Shown here piece by piece: positions 39,838-53,275 of a DNA stretch of 64,000 nucleotides (position 1 is its first letter; the number at the start of each line of letters is the position of its first letter). Below the pieces are notes generated by a model, which saw nothing but the letters and a program-made list of their open reading frames with translations, searched no databases and was not told where the DNA came from. Source of the stretch: Eledone cirrhosa (lineage: Eukaryota); contig OZ024750.1 in the NCBI GenBank assembly GCA_964016885.1, positions 49,352,001 through 49,416,000 of the forward strand, written 5' to 3'. The position numbers and the translations under genes are program-made.

Positions 39838-39981
39838 ATACTTTGGGACGGTCATGTTACCAATAAGAAACACACGCACCATGCTTTCACTTCAATTTAT
39901 TACAATAGATTGATAAATTTAGGAATATATAAATTTCCGGTTGGTTGGTTGGTTCCACAGCCAGATGATTGTTCATATATG

Positions 39982-40024
39982 GTCAAAGTACTTTCGTCAC
40001 ACATTCTGTGACTTCTTCAGTGAC
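39982..40024 (-). ncRNA. Minimal hammerhead ribozyme (inverted arm)
   Basis: gtca-CTGAAGA-agtcacagaatgtgtgac-GAAA-gtac-TT-tgac. Confidence 0.7.
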
Positions 40025-41769
40025 TGGGGATTATTTTCTTTGTGTTTGTGCCTCTCCTTTGTTCTGTCCTACGCCATCTTGTTTGTGTGTGTGTTGTGTG
40101 ATTAGTTTGCGCATGTGTTACATCTGGGTGTATGTGTGTGGTTATATTTGTTTATTTATTTGTTTATTTACATGTTACTGGTTGGTTGTTTGTTCTATGT
40201 GCGTGTGTGTTTTCATTTTGTCCTTAATTGTAAGTTGTGATGTTGCTGTTCCATTCATGTTTTCTATTTAATTCTGGTTGGAGTTCATTTATGTGTATTG
40301 CCTCTGTGATTTGTCTAAACATTGCGTATTTTCTGTGTGTAGATTCTATTTTTATTTCTATGTTCTCTAATTTACCCTTATGTGCTATTTTAGCATGTTG
40401 GTAGAGCACAAATGATTATTTACTATCTTGAAGCTCTCGCCAGTGTTCATTTATCCGTTCCCCTACAATACGAGCTGTCTCACCTATGTACACTATATTC
40501 TAATCTCTACATTGTCATTCAGTACAACTTATGCTATATACTACATTTCTAGTTTTACAGTTAATATGGGAGCTTAATTTACAGATTATACATTACTTAT
40601 CTATACAGGGAGGTCTTTGAAAAGGGTATGTATTGCTAATAAGTGTTTTTTATAGAGGTACCTGGTCTTTATACTATCTTAATATTGAGTTTATGTTTAT
40701 CTAGTGCCCTTCTAAATTTGTAAGCTAATTCACCTCTAGGGGTTGTATCGATGATCATTACACTCTGGTATGTATTGCTATCATACCATGAGTTTATTCT
40801 ATTAACCTTATTCCTAGTTCTTTCTATTCTATTCTAAAATTTGCTCCTATACAAGGGGTAGGTCCCATTTATGTCATTATTTACCATTGTTTCCATTTGG
40901 TTCTGGCGCCTCTATATACTCTTATTTGATCTCTCCGATTGTAACCAGAGAACTGCATACGGTGGATGAAGTGTTGTATGTGTCTCTCTAGTTCTTTGTG
41001 GTTGCACATGCGGGACACGTTTTTCATCACCCGTACCAAATCCGCAATTAGTATGTTCATTTTGGTATGTTCCGAAACAGCTGACTTTCGGTGGATCAGA
41101 TATTTGGAAGTCATGGGTTTGGCATAATGGAATGGAGGATTGTTTTTTTGTTATTAATGGTATCTAACCAGAGCTCTGTCTCTAGTACAGATAATCGATG
41201 GTTGGGGTGTTTGCTTGGGTAGTCTATAGTAACTCTAATACTCTGGTGGATGGAGTTAGCTATTTGCTGGATGCTTTCCATGGTGTTTTTCTCTAATTCC
41301 TGACGGTTCTCTAGTGGGGGTGTTTTTACTACGATGTATATATCATCAACGTAGCGGGAGTACATTATCAGGGTTAAGGGATTGCTGTCTTCTAATTGTT
41401 CTTTAAGTTTAAGTTTAAGTCTACTGTCCCAATGTGACAGCATGGAGGACCTCCTCAGCAGAATGCGCGACAGTAACCGATCTAGGGACCTAACAAACTG
41501 CATAATAGGTAGTATGGATGTTGTGTCCCTGTATCCATCTATTGACGTGGATTTTGCTGTGGAGAAATGCGTAGAAATGATCAGTGAGAGCAATGTTGAA
41601 TTCCGTGGGATTGATACCAGTGAGCTGGGACTCCTACTTAAACTTACCTATAGTAATACTTATCTAGATACATATGGCCTTAGCAACCTATGCCCTACAA
41701 GATAGCAAGAGGCAGACCACATACCATTACCTCAATGGCCAAAAAAACCCACACAGATAGAAGGAACGG

Positions 41770-42522
41770 GTGGACCAGAGCCATACGGACCCCGAAAACC
41801 ACGATCAACTAAATAAAATGATTGCACATGCGGTGGGGGCCAGCATAAAATTAACGCTTACTGACCATATGTTCAAATTTAATAGAAAAACATATGCCCA
41901 GCAGGAGGGAGTAGCCATTGGTGTTAGCATTGCAGGTGACATAGCTAAACTATTCATGGTATGGTGGGACAATAGACTTAAACTTAAACTTAAAGAACAA
42001 TTAGAAGACAGAAACCCCTTAACCCTGATAATGTACTCCCGCTACGTTGATGATATATACATCGTAGTAAAAACACCCCAACTAGAGAACAGTCAGGAAT
42101 TAGAGAAAAACACCATGGAAAGCATCCAGCATATAGCTAACTCCATCCACCAGAGTATTAGAGTTACTATAGACTACTCAAGCAAACACCCCAACCATCG
42201 ATTACCTGCATTAGACACAGAGCTCTGGTTAGATACCATTAATAACAAAAAAACAAATCCTCCATTCCATTATGCCAAACCCATGACTTCCAAATATCTG
42301 ATCCACCGAAACTCAGCTGTTTCGGACCATACCAAAATTAACATACTGATTGCGGACTTGGTACGGGTGATGAGAAACATGTCCCGCATGTGTAACCCCA
42401 AAGAACTAGAGAGACACATACAACACTTCATCCACTGTATGCAGTTCTCTGGTTACAATCGGAGAGATGAAATCAGAGTATATAGAGGAGCCAGCAGCAA
42501 ATGGGAAAAAAATGGTAAATAA
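41770..42522 (+). pseudogene. PLE reverse transcriptase fragment
   Basis: FKFNRKTYAQQEG.AIG, RYVDD, LPALDTELW, YAKPM, QFSGY motifs; frameshifted at both ends. Confidence 0.9.
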
Positions 42523-43370
42523 TAACACAAATGGGACCTACCCCTTGTATAGGAGCACATTTTGGAATAGAATAGAACAAATTAGGAATAAAGTTAATAG
42601 AATAAACTCATGGTATGATAGCAATAAATACCAGAGTGTAATGATCATCGATACAACCCCTAGAGGTGAATTAGCTTACACATTTAGAAGGGCCCTAGAT
42701 AAACATAAACTCAATATTAAGATAGTAGGAAGACCAGGTACCTCCATAAAAACACTAATTAGCAATACATACCCTTTTCAAAGACCTGCCTGTATAGATA
42801 AGTAATGTATAATCTGTAAATTAAGCCCCCATATTAACTGTAAAACTAGAAATGTAGTATATAGCATAAGGTGTACTGAATGACAATGTAGAGATAAGAA
42901 TATAGTCTACATAGGTGAGACAGCTCGTAGTATAGGGGAACGGAAAAATGAACACTGGCGAGACATTCAAGATAGTAAATAATCATCTGTACTCAACCAA
43001 CATGCTAAAATAGCACATAAGGGTAAATTAGAGAACATAGAAATAAAAATAGAATCTACACACAGAAAAGACGCAAAGTTTAGACAAATAACAGTGGCAA
43101 TAACATAAATGAACTCCAACCAAAATTAAATAGAAAACATGAATGGAACAGTAACACCACAACTTACAATTAAGGACAAAATGAAAACACACACGCACAT
43201 AGAACAAACAACTAACCAGTAACTTGTAAATAAACAAATAAACAAACAAATATAAACACACAGACAACCGGATGTAACACATGCTCAAACTAAGCACACA
43301 ACACACACAAACACAAGATGGCGTAGGACAGAACAAAGGAGAGGCACAAAAACAAAGAAAAGAATCCCCA

Positions 43371-43413
43371 GTCACTGAAGAGGTCACATAATGTGTGACG
43401 AAAGATCTTTGAC
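43371..43413 (+). ncRNA. Minimal hammerhead ribozyme
   Basis: gtca-CTGAAGA-ggtcacataatgtgtgac-GAAA-gatc-TT-tgac. Confidence 0.7.
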
Positions 43414-43621
43414 AATATATAAACAATCATCTGGTTTCGGAACCAACCAACCAACCGGAAATTTATAAATTCCTAAATTTATAAATTGATTATAATAAAT
43501 TGAAGTGAAAGCAACTGGTGCGTGTGTTTCTTATTGGCAACATGACCCTCCATAAGTATAACAATATCGGTTTCAACACACGTTTTCAGATAAAGAATAT
43601 TACTAAACAAATTCAGAAACG

Positions 43622-43661
<40 letters not shown>

Positions 43662-43664
<3 letters not shown>

Positions 43665-44049
43665 AAAGTTCTATTTAAATTGTTGGGATACAACAAGCAA
43701 ATAATTTTATAACTGATATAAAGCACTCGACAAATATTTGGAGTAGATATACGATATTAATAAATGGAAACTATATTTATAAAACCATATTTATTTCATT
43801 ATATATATTTCAAGGATACCAAGTTAAATTATGGTATGCCTTCATTAGACAAAATACAATATATAACAGTTTTATAAATAGACATTGACGTACCCTTTTA
43901 AAAAGTGACCGTTGCTTTTGGAGGCCATCAGGATATCATATATTGTATTTTATCTGATGAAGGCATACCATAATTTAACTTGGTATCCTTGAAATATATA
44001 TAATGAAATAAATATGGTGTTATAAATATAGTTTCCATTTATTAATATC

Positions 44050-44052
<3 letters not shown>
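43662..44052 (-). mobile_element. Fold-back pseudo-LTR element: inverted arms 43748-43862 / 43939-44054, extension on the left
   Basis: atacgatattaataaatggaaactatatttata... mirrored; HHR in both arms (minus-strand copy has CTAATGA). Confidence 0.85.
43946..44010 (+). ncRNA. Minimal type I hammerhead ribozyme
   Basis: tattttat-CTGATGA-aggcatacca-taatttaact-tggtatcctt-GAAA-tatat-ATA-atgaaata. Confidence 0.75.
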
Positions 44053-44108
<56 letters not shown>

Positions 44109-44298
44109 CCATGAACACAGATATTTTTGTGAGTTGCTATCAAATGCCGCTAGGTTTTAGTTTCTATTCATTAGCTAAGATGATATTCAATTAGATAGTA
44201 TTTTGTCGGCGTAGGTCAGTTGGTGCAATCATAATGGCTGGTTGTTTTTTTTCATGTGCCGATTACTTTTGATGGAAAAATAATGAACAATGAAAGTG

Positions 44299-44386
<88 letters not shown>

Positions 44387-44534
44387 GTGAATGGAAATTT
44401 AAGAAAGGTTCATAAATAGCAGGAGAAAATTTGTGAATGTGTGTATTTGTGTTTGTTTCTTCTCCTTGAATTTATCTGTGTATGTGTTCCATTTTGTGTA
44501 TGTATTTTAGTTTGCATATTGTTTCTGTGTCTGT

Positions 44535-44990
44535 ATATTACCGTATGAAGTGAAACATGGACAATAACTGCTATGGAAAGAAGTATATGCTATTGAGATG
44601 AGATACTTCAGAAAGCTCCTTGACATCACCTTCAGAGACTGCATGACCAATGAGGAGGTGCGAAACAGAATTGTCAAGTCAACGGGCCCTACAAAAACTT
44701 TCTGACTATTGTAATGAAACGCAAATTGAAATGGTATGGGTATCTGACAATATCTTCTGTGCTTGCGAAGCCGGTTATGCAGGGAACAGTACAAGAGGAA
44801 GGAAGAGAGGCGGACACAGACGGAGATGGGAGGACAAAATCCCGGAATGGAAAGGCATGAGGCTGGGTACAACCATGAGAAATGTGGAGAGGCGAAAGGA
44901 ATGGAATGAGCTGATTGCCTGGTCATTTGTTGTGCCCCAACATTCCACCCGACTACAGCACAGTTGAGATGAAGTGAGATATTACCGTAT
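44535..44990 (+). mobile_element. 5'-truncated RTE LINE with 12 bp TSD (atattaccgtat)
   Basis: ETWTIT..IEMRYFRKLLDI, KLKWYG, RGRKRGGHRRRWEDKIPEW; TSD at 44535-44546 and 44979-44990. Confidence 0.85.
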
Positions 44991-45454
44991 ACTTCCAGTC
45001 AAACCTATCCTATGTATGTTGGATTTCCGTTAGTTCCGACGACCGGTCTTCCAATTATTTTACCACAGGATCAGTTAATGACATTAATGGGCAAGTATCG
45101 TTTCTTTCCATGGGCAGGTGTATCCTTAACGAATTTCTCAAAGCGAAGCAGTGTGACTCTATTTGACAAATTCGGTCATTTGTATCGCCATACGACGGGA
45201 TCAAAATGAAATAATGGAGTCTTGCCCAATGACATAACGCGTCGCATGGAATCGGACTAACAATAACGATCGTAACCCGAAAACTTCTAACCACTTAGCC
45301 AGGCACATTCACAAACAAATCCAACACTAAATGTTAATGTTAATGATAACATCTTCTGGAGTAAGGGAGTACAAAATACAATAAATGGCTGCTCCGAGGA
45401 AAATATTTAACAGCAATTCATTCAATGTTAAACAGCTGCTGCATGTTAAAGCGA

Positions 45455-45575
45455 TGAGAGTGTGGTGATTAGAGTTTATAGTGTTCGGCTAGTGAGCTTA
45501 ATGTAATATTTCACTCAGTACTTTTTGTCCTTGAGCAAGACAATTTATTTCTTACTTTATTTCACATTGCTCCAT
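45455..45575 (+). mobile_element. Decayed SINE family B (a second head fragment lies on the minus strand at about 45230-45305)
   Basis: gtccttgagcaagacaatttatttc...cacattgctcc. Confidence 0.55.
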
Positions 45576-45749
45576 GAGTTGTACTTGTATCTCAGAATGC
45601 CAAATTTGAGGCACCTTCTTTCACGCCGAATTTCCCTGAGAACAGAGTTCAGTGGACATTTGCATTTGGAACGACTATCCACTTGTCCGTTTGTTTTACG
45701 AGCAAACTCTTACGTCGCTCGAACTTAAGATCCGTGACTTTCTGTGTCC

Positions 45750-45832
<83 letters not shown>

Positions 45833-48590
45833 TCTCTCTCTCCCTCTCTCTATATCTATACATCTATCTATCTATCTATATATATATCTCTCTCTCTATT
45901 TATCCATCTCCCCCCCTCTCTATTTCTCTCTTTCTCTCTCTCTCCCGCTCTCCCTCTCTTTCTCTCTATGTCAGTGTTTCTTTATAATACTATTCACAAC
46001 GGGATCTACACTAGAAGTAAATGACAAACGTTAATTTCGTTTGTGTTAAGAGACTACACAATAGGAACAATGATGAAAAAATAAGACGATTGCTTGTTTG
46101 CATGTTAAATGATTGTTGAGCGTAAGATTATTTGTTTATCTGCTTCGGCAAGTCCAATAACTGTTCTATGAAAAACTATTTTTCTCCGTCTCTGTTACTG
46201 CAAGTGGGTTAGAGAGAATATCACCGACAACACTACTCCACCATTACTTCATCGAATATACTTACTATCCTTCTTATTAACCTTCTTATTATTATTAACA
46301 TCATCATCATTATTATCATCACAACCGTCATCGTAATCAGCAGTAGTAATAGTAGTTGTTTTTTAGTAGGTTCTAATACAAACTTAAGTTTGAGCTACGG
46401 CAAATGAGATTTGCTCTAAGATATCATGACATATTTATAATGTAGAAAGAGTATCTTATTACTAGAAAGAAAATAGTCTAACGCTGCATATATATTGTGG
46501 CAATGTGTATATCTGCATTACTTATTGGAAAGAAAAAGAAACAAACGAAACTGATGGAAAAAGACAGGAGGCGTGTGCGACTGAACACCACATTATGGAT
46601 CCTATGGAAAATTTGTCGTGAACAGAGAATATTAAAATATTTCTCTGATGGACACTTGATACGTAATGGAATTAGTAATGGTGGCGTTGTCAAACAAGGC
46701 GTGTCCTAACATATAATTCTGGTGAATGCGATTCATCTGCGGGTCAGGACTTATTCCAAATTCCGAGAAGGATAGAGAGATAGAAAGAAAAGGGAAGAAT
46801 CGATCTGAGAACTGAATTGATATTTTAATCAGAGATATCGAAAGGATAAAAAGAAAATTTGGCGCCGGATGTATTTCTACTTAAATTGCTGAGCCTCGTA
46901 TCGAATGCCACAAAACGTTCTATCAAATACAGAAACAATTCTACCAATTCACTGCTTAACATATAAAATACCATATCCAAATATAAACCAGTGAAGAATG
47001 ATAACAATCTTCTGCCAGCAACTTTAGTATTCTGCTTGAGTGGACGCAAGCATGGCAACAGGTTTATGAGGTTTTAGGATGCAAATTGTTTGCTGACTGA
47101 TAGCGAAATTATCCCTGTTATGGTACGAAAATGTGATGTGTCAGCATATTTTTGTATCATGCCATATTCATAAAGGCAGACGATAGTAACTATGACACCG
47201 ACGAAAACAGGTATGATGACACCTGGGGTATATAAGCCCTAATAACTTGGCATTCCGCCCTATCAGGTTTCAACAGCCGACGTCGGCTTTAGCAGTCCTG
47301 GTTATCTGGTTCTTACCACAGGTCAGAGATAAATCTCCACATTCACAATCTATTTCTCTGTACTAGATATTACTGACAAATACATCTACGTCTAAATACA
47401 ACGATTTGGTCTAAATACAACCTAAATGGTCTCCCTCCCTGAAATATGTATCAAACTGATATGTATGTCTAACTTTTCCATATTCCGTTTACAGGTTTCA
47501 TCGAATTCATTGTCAAGAAATAAACGTAAAATGTCAGTATTGTTTCATTGTTGATGTGTATCCAGTCCTTGGAGAAATCCCGTCCCCACATCAATCTCAC
47601 ACTATCAATATCGATCATTTGAACTCTAGAGCAACAAATGACGATCACGCCGACCAACAGTTCGAACAAATCCAATAAACCAAAATTGACAAAAAATTAT
47701 ACCTCTAATTTAATTGTCTAGTTGAGTAGATATTGTGTCACCTTCATCCGATTCAACAAATGATGTCTCTTTTTAAATTATTTCTGAAAGGCATATTCGA
47801 TATATTATTGTACTTTGGAAAAGTCATATTGTTAATTAAAACACTTGCCCTGTTTAATGTTCATTTAGGCTTTAATATTAAACAGGTAATTAATTCATCT
47901 AACTAATAATTAACTTGACAAAGTTCTTTGGTCACACGCTGTCATTATACTTCGTCTTAACTTTCTTGAATTTGCCTCCATCATTTCCATATAGTTTGTT
48001 AATAACACAACTGCCACATAAATTATTTTCAAAAGACTATGTATTTAACTAATTCAAAAAGAAAAACTTCATAAATAAGTATTTGCACCTACGTAAAAGG
48101 AGAAATGGAAAAACATATATATATAAAATGTAAAACAATATTTCAATATTTTAAACGTCTATTCAATTACAAGAAATATGTAATCAACTTTAAGAAATAC
48201 AAACGGAAAATGACGAAAACTACGTTAAAATGTATCATAAATAACTTTGTTTAAGGTAAACATTAATATTTGGCTTCAAAGCAGTAATATTTATTTAAAT
48301 ATTTCACACATATCTATTCTATTTCATTGTTTAAAACTTAAGACAGAAGTATATGTCTAACTCCCAATAAACTATAGTAAATCACCTGTTTTTTTATGTA
48401 ATATTTCTTCCATACGTATTGTCAAATGATGTGTGATAACTTACGATTAAGACACATGAAAAAAACACTTTAGCTGTCTCTGTACTTGTCAAAATGCAGT
48501 CAAAAGAAACCCAAAACATGTCAGATGTATTAATCTTGTTGGACAAAAGAAAATAATATTGATATCTGATTCATATTTCTTTCTTCGCAG

Positions 48591-48638
48591 GAAACACTAT
48601 ATGATGTCTTGGAGTATTTAAGGACTCGTAAATCATGA
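48591..48638 (+). other. Possible terminal coding exon of an unidentified host gene (ETLYDVLEYLRTRKS*)
   Basis: Strong acceptor-like site ctgat..tttctttcttcgcag|G in non-repetitive DNA, followed by 15 open codons. No upstream exon identified. Confidence 0.2.
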
Positions 48639-49653
48639 TGGAGTCATAAGGATGTTGTCAGGATATACGGGAATTATTTTAAAATCTAGTGGAAACTACC
48701 CTTTCTTTACGTCAGAAAACAGAAGATTTCTCCCCTCCCAGAGAAAGAGAAAAGGAGAGGGAGAGGAGAAACCAAACCGAAATACGAAGGAAGAATTAAC
48801 ACAAGTACCTGTGTGAATCAAAAGCAAAGCTGACGTCTGTAGGATTTCATTTCAGAACGCAGGAAACCAGAACGAATCCCACAAAACATTCTCTCGGACG
48901 CTCTGGTGATTCTGCCAATCCACAGATGTTCTGTCTTTATAAAAAGTTTTAAAATATATTTAGCAATGTGTACACCTAAACAAGAGAAGTAATACAATAT
49001 AAAAAAAAAATTTAGTTAAAACATTTGCCTTTCGGTCTTTCAGAGTCAATTTTAAAAAGTACATATCAAGTACTAGCGTCGATTCCGCTATGTTCCTTTC
49101 GCATTTCTCTCTCACACCTCCACCGAAAATGAAGTCGGCTGCATGCAGAGCTGGGGAGATGATGGGCTCTACTGGGTTTCAAATGTCCTACGTGGCAGTA
49201 GGACTCTGTTAGGAGTTACAATTCCATACATATCTGAGTTCAAACATGCACTTTGGAGAAACAGTTCAGTTTAGACAGGGGTATTTCGCAAGTGATCGAC
49301 AGAATGTAAACAATGAAATCGGCATATATACATTTATACATACATAGGTACATACACACATGCAGACATACATACACACACATACACTCATACATACATA
49401 CATGTTGATTTTTTTACTTCTAGCCAGAAGAGAGTCAGAACTTCATTAAACATTGCACGATCATGTGCACGCAGGTGACCTTTTAGACCCGTTTTTATTG
49501 TGCAGGCACTTTCAGTGTATGACATTTTAAATATCTGTCTCATGGCAATACCTGCTGGGTGGTATCTTCATGCATCCTTCCATGTCTGGTTAGTGCACTA
49601 CCTAACTTTCAAATTAAGCCACACTCACTAGAAATGTAGCATAGACGGTAGAA

Positions 49654-50280
49654 CTACCTCACAAGTGATTCGATCTCTCTCTCTGGGTTGTGTGCGTTTA
49701 GAGGTTTGACAAATTCAGCTATTGATAAAAGAAATCGGCCACATATATTACACCTCAATTCCTGCAGGATTTTTATAGGCATTGCAAATGTGTCTCGCTT
49801 ACGGTGTGAACCCTTCGAAACATAATGCTCCACTCGCTCATATATGATGATTAGTCTCCATAGTGTACGTCTTTCAGTCAGTCTCTCCCAATTCCCCACA
49901 TACATCTTTTATAACCTACTTAAACCACTTCTTTGTGGCACACATTGTAGAGGAAATGCTGTTAATATTGGACACTTTTTTCCAACGAATGCACTCTTTC
50001 GGCTAAATATTGATATAACAAAGACAAAAGTCATGAACACATCATCAGTTTGGGAAGAGTATGTGGAGGCAGACATTTTCGTGAGAGAAAAAACATTTGA
50101 GGTGGTGGACAGCTTTGTGTATTTCGGAAGAAGAATTTGTAGATAGGGTACTCTCAAAGTTGAAATCGATCAAACAACTGCAAAAGCAATTTTGCCTTCG
50201 GGAAGCCTAAGAAGTGAGTCTGATCAAATCGGCGTTTCACGAGAGACACACAGCTCAGCATGGTAACCGATGCACCCTGA
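49654..50280. mobile_element. Old RTE LINE fragments in opposite orientations
   Basis: Plus strand: LFRLNIDITKTKVMN..FEVVDSFVYFGR..EID...KA. Minus strand 49654-49905: NWERLTERRTLWR..CNICGR..LNAH (C-terminal zinc finger-like). Confidence 0.65.
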
Positions 50281-50512
50281 ACATCAAATGGTCATCTGGT
50301 ACACCTGATGCTGCTATCCTTGAGAAAGCGGGCAAGTACCAATATTCAGAAGAGGATTATAACCGGACATTTTGGGCTGTATAATCGGGTATTATATAAT
50401 CACTCCTTCCCTCTGTGTCATTGTTATTTTCTAATCTGTTTTTTTTTCTGTCTGTGTGTCTGCGTTTTTGGTTGGGTTTTCAGGAGCGTTTTGGTAAAAC
50501 GTATAGCATGTG

Positions 50513-50604
<92 letters not shown>

Positions 50605-51024
50605 GTGTTGCATTTGTTTCGGTTAGGGTTGTTTCTTTTATTGAATTTAACATTTGTCTATCTCAGATAAGCATTCTAGCATATTTACCTTTCTATATGT
50701 GGCGTATGTTGGTGGTAACTCTAGGACGGACCATTCGTGAGGAAGTACCGTCGACCTCACGTATATATTTGTGTTGTTAATGTTGAACTCACTTCTCAGT
50801 GGGACGCCCTCCGACAAAAAGACACATATAACACAAGTAACCATCTAGTGACAATTAAATAGATGTATAGATAAAAAAAAAATGAATAAATGTATTTAAA
50901 AATGTAATAATGAAAACAAACAGGAAGAAACCCGGATACAACGCCTGCGCAGCCCTAGTACACAACTCACAAAATCAAGATAGTATATCACAGTACAAAA
51001 AAATAGAGAAAATAACAACAAAAG

Positions 51025-51202
51025 TAGCCCCTGTGGAGGTCTCAGAGCGTGTGAGGAAATAACTTATTTGACAATCAACAACAAAACAACCATCTGGTTA
51101 TTAAACTAATCGATTGTAAATTTAAATAATAAACTGGAGCTAATAACATGAGATGCGTGTGATTTTTGTTGGCAGCATGACCCACCCAAAGTGTAACTAT
51201 AT
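51025..51202 (+). mobile_element. Diverged pseudo-LTR of Nematis-like PLE
   Basis: ctgtggaggtctcagagcgtgtgaggaaa (decayed HHR) ... ttggcagcatgacccacccaaagtgtaac, homologous to 43370-43563. Confidence 0.6.
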
Positions 51203-51237
51203 ATCTGTAGAGAGAGAGGGAGACATACATACATACA

Positions 51238-51355
<118 letters not shown>

Positions 51356-51506
51356 TATATATAAATAAATATATATATATATATATATATACATGTTAGT
51401 ACAGATTATAATGTGAGCAAAAATCGCTGCTTTCACTCTATTCCAGGATCTTCTGAAATTCCTTATTGAGCCAACTTCGGATTTAGATCATCACAATTAT
51501 TATTAC

Positions 51507-51594
<88 letters not shown>

Positions 51595-52010
51595 TGCGTG
51601 TGTGTGTGTGCGTGTGTGTGTGTGTGTGTGTGTGCGTGTGTGTATATATATTGGATCGAAGTGACTATTGTCATATATATAAATTTTATTGGAATATTAC
51701 AAACGCTTTGATATCGATCAGCTAAGGGTGGTTTCATAATGTCGGGACCGCTAACTTCCTCCACATCTGGAGTTTATATGTGCAAAGACACACACAGCCC
51801 AGCAAGAGTCACGCCTTGTGAGTTCTTTGAACGGTGAAGAGCCAGTATCAGTAGATACACACTTAGATACACATCAGTAGATACACACGCATGCGCGCTC
51901 ACATACCGACAGAACGCTTATGTGAGCCTCTATGTGAGATTGTGTGCGCTTATTATTATTTGTTTCCTTCCTTAACTTACTTTTACTCCTGTACTCCACC
52001 TGTCTGAACT

Positions 52011-52044
52011 TTCCTGATAAAGGACTAATGTCCGAAACGTCGTA
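52011..52044 (+). ncRNA. Hammerhead-like motif, degenerate
   Basis: CTGATAA-aggac-taat-gtcc-GAAA-cgtc; stem II is good but stem I is poor. Confidence 0.4.
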
Positions 52045-52140
52045 TCCTGCTTCACTTCCATGAAATCTGACCCTATTATAACTGTGTAATATTTCCTCCT
52101 GTGTTTTGTTAGTTCATCTTTCAAGTATATATATATATAT

Positions 52141-52333
52141 ATAGGAACAAGTAAGACCCCGACGGCTGAGCTCAAGCCGTTTCGACGGCTAATTCTGTAC
52201 AGAATTAGCCGTCGAAACGGCTTGAGCTCAGCCGTCGGGGTCTTACTTGTTCCTATTACCCACTCTACTACCCTAAGTATTGAGTACTTTGGTGCGTTAT
52301 GGTCCACGTGGCTCCTTACCACATTTCCTTCGT

Positions 52334-52335
<2 letters not shown>
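52141..52335 (+). mobile_element. Mini fold-back element: perfect 116 bp palindrome (52141-52256) plus about 78 bp tail
   Basis: Centre ctgt|acag. Each arm carries the HHR 3' half GAAA-cggct-tgagctc-agccg-TC-ggggtc; (TA)n flanks. Confidence 0.9.
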
Positions 52336-52430
<95 letters not shown>

Positions 52431-52486
52431 GGAGAAATGGAGAGAGAGATGGAGAGAGAGAGAGAGGGAGAGAGAGAGAGAGAGAG

Positions 52487-52643
52487 AAAGATTCAGTACC
52501 CCGAAGGCAGAGCTCAAGCCGTTTAAACGGCTTGAGCTCTGCCATCGGGGTGCTGAATCTTTTCCTATTACCGACTCTACGAACCTAAGTATCGAGTACT
52601 CTGGCGCGTTATGGTCCACCTGGTTCCTTATCACACTTCCTTC

Positions 52644-52646
<3 letters not shown>
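52487..52646 (+). mobile_element. Mini fold-back element, diverged subfamily, centre gttt|aaac
   Basis: aagattcagtaccccgaaggcagagctcaagccgttt-aaacggcttgagctctgccatcggggtgctgaatctt plus the homologous tail. Confidence 0.85.
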
Positions 52647-52679
<33 letters not shown>

Positions 52680-52682
<3 letters not shown>

Positions 52683-52920
52683 ATGTTTGCACATATAATT
52701 ACCCTCCTATTCAACTGAACATTAATATCGATACATATGAATTGATGTTGTGAGCAACAGTTTCGTATTTACAGGGTGCAATGGATGTGACATATATTTT
52801 ACGAGAATGTACAATAACTGTACAAACATTCAGGTTCAAATTCAGATTAATATCAAGATTAAAATCAAAAGCACGGTGTGGAATACATGCAATAGTTAAA
52901 ACAAGGGAATAGTCCAAATA
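52680..52920 (-). mobile_element. PLE 3' UTR fragment (same family as 6382-7500)
   Basis: tcaatgtttg..cctcctattcaactgaac..attgatgttgtgagcaac matches 6478-6670. Confidence 0.7.
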
Positions 52921-52928
52921 TTATATAT

Positions 52929-53024
52929 TGAGGTTGACTTTGCCTTTCATCCTTACGGGGTCAATAAAATAAAGTACCAGTAATGCACTGGTTAATTGCT
53001 GGCCTTGTGCCAAAAAGTAGAAAC

Positions 53025-53030
<6 letters not shown>
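52929..53030 (+). mobile_element. SINE family A 3' half
   Basis: gaggttgactttgcctttcatccttacggggtcaataaaataaagtaccag...gtagaaacaattat. Confidence 0.85.
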
Positions 53031-53086
<56 letters not shown>

Positions 53087-53228
53087 ACACACAGACGTAG
53101 ATATTTATATATATATATACGACGAACCTGTGGTTAGTTTCCTATTACTATATATTACTGAAACTATTTTAGTCAAAAATAATTTTCAAAATATTTGCCC
53201 ATGGAGCCACTTATTGAGACTTAACTAG

Positions 53229-53272
<44 letters not shown>

Positions 53273-53275
<3 letters not shown>

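Larger units (their letters stand above)
39835..43622 (+). mobile_element. 5'-truncated PLE (probably Nematis-like) with a 1.6 kb inverted duplication (39835-41431 / 41967-43563) and a 3' extension
   Basis: Plus copy: IIGSMDVVSLYPSI (41382-41705), QQEGVAIGVSIAGDIAKLFMVWWD and YSRYVDDI (41770-42522), CIDK*CIICK..NCKTRNVVYSIRC..YIGETARS..ER..EH. Mirrored ORFs at 41111-41593 and 40881-41114. (TA)n flanks. Confidence 0.93.

Noticed and set aside
42872-42889. In-frame TGA at an apparent CxxU position (C-T-E-*), shared by both arms, as possible selenocysteine
   Set aside because: The relative at about 54.28 kb reads CTEGTC, so the position is not a Cys site. A shared TAA lies just upstream and no SECIS was evident.
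46490-46720. Possible LINE RT remnant (VVKQG); similar weak hint at about 9720-9850
   Set aside because: Too degenerate to support as a feature by eye.
47469-47675. 68 aa minus-strand ORF with hydrophobic N-terminus as a host exon
   Set aside because: Non-ATG start, no recognisable domain and no convincing splice sites.
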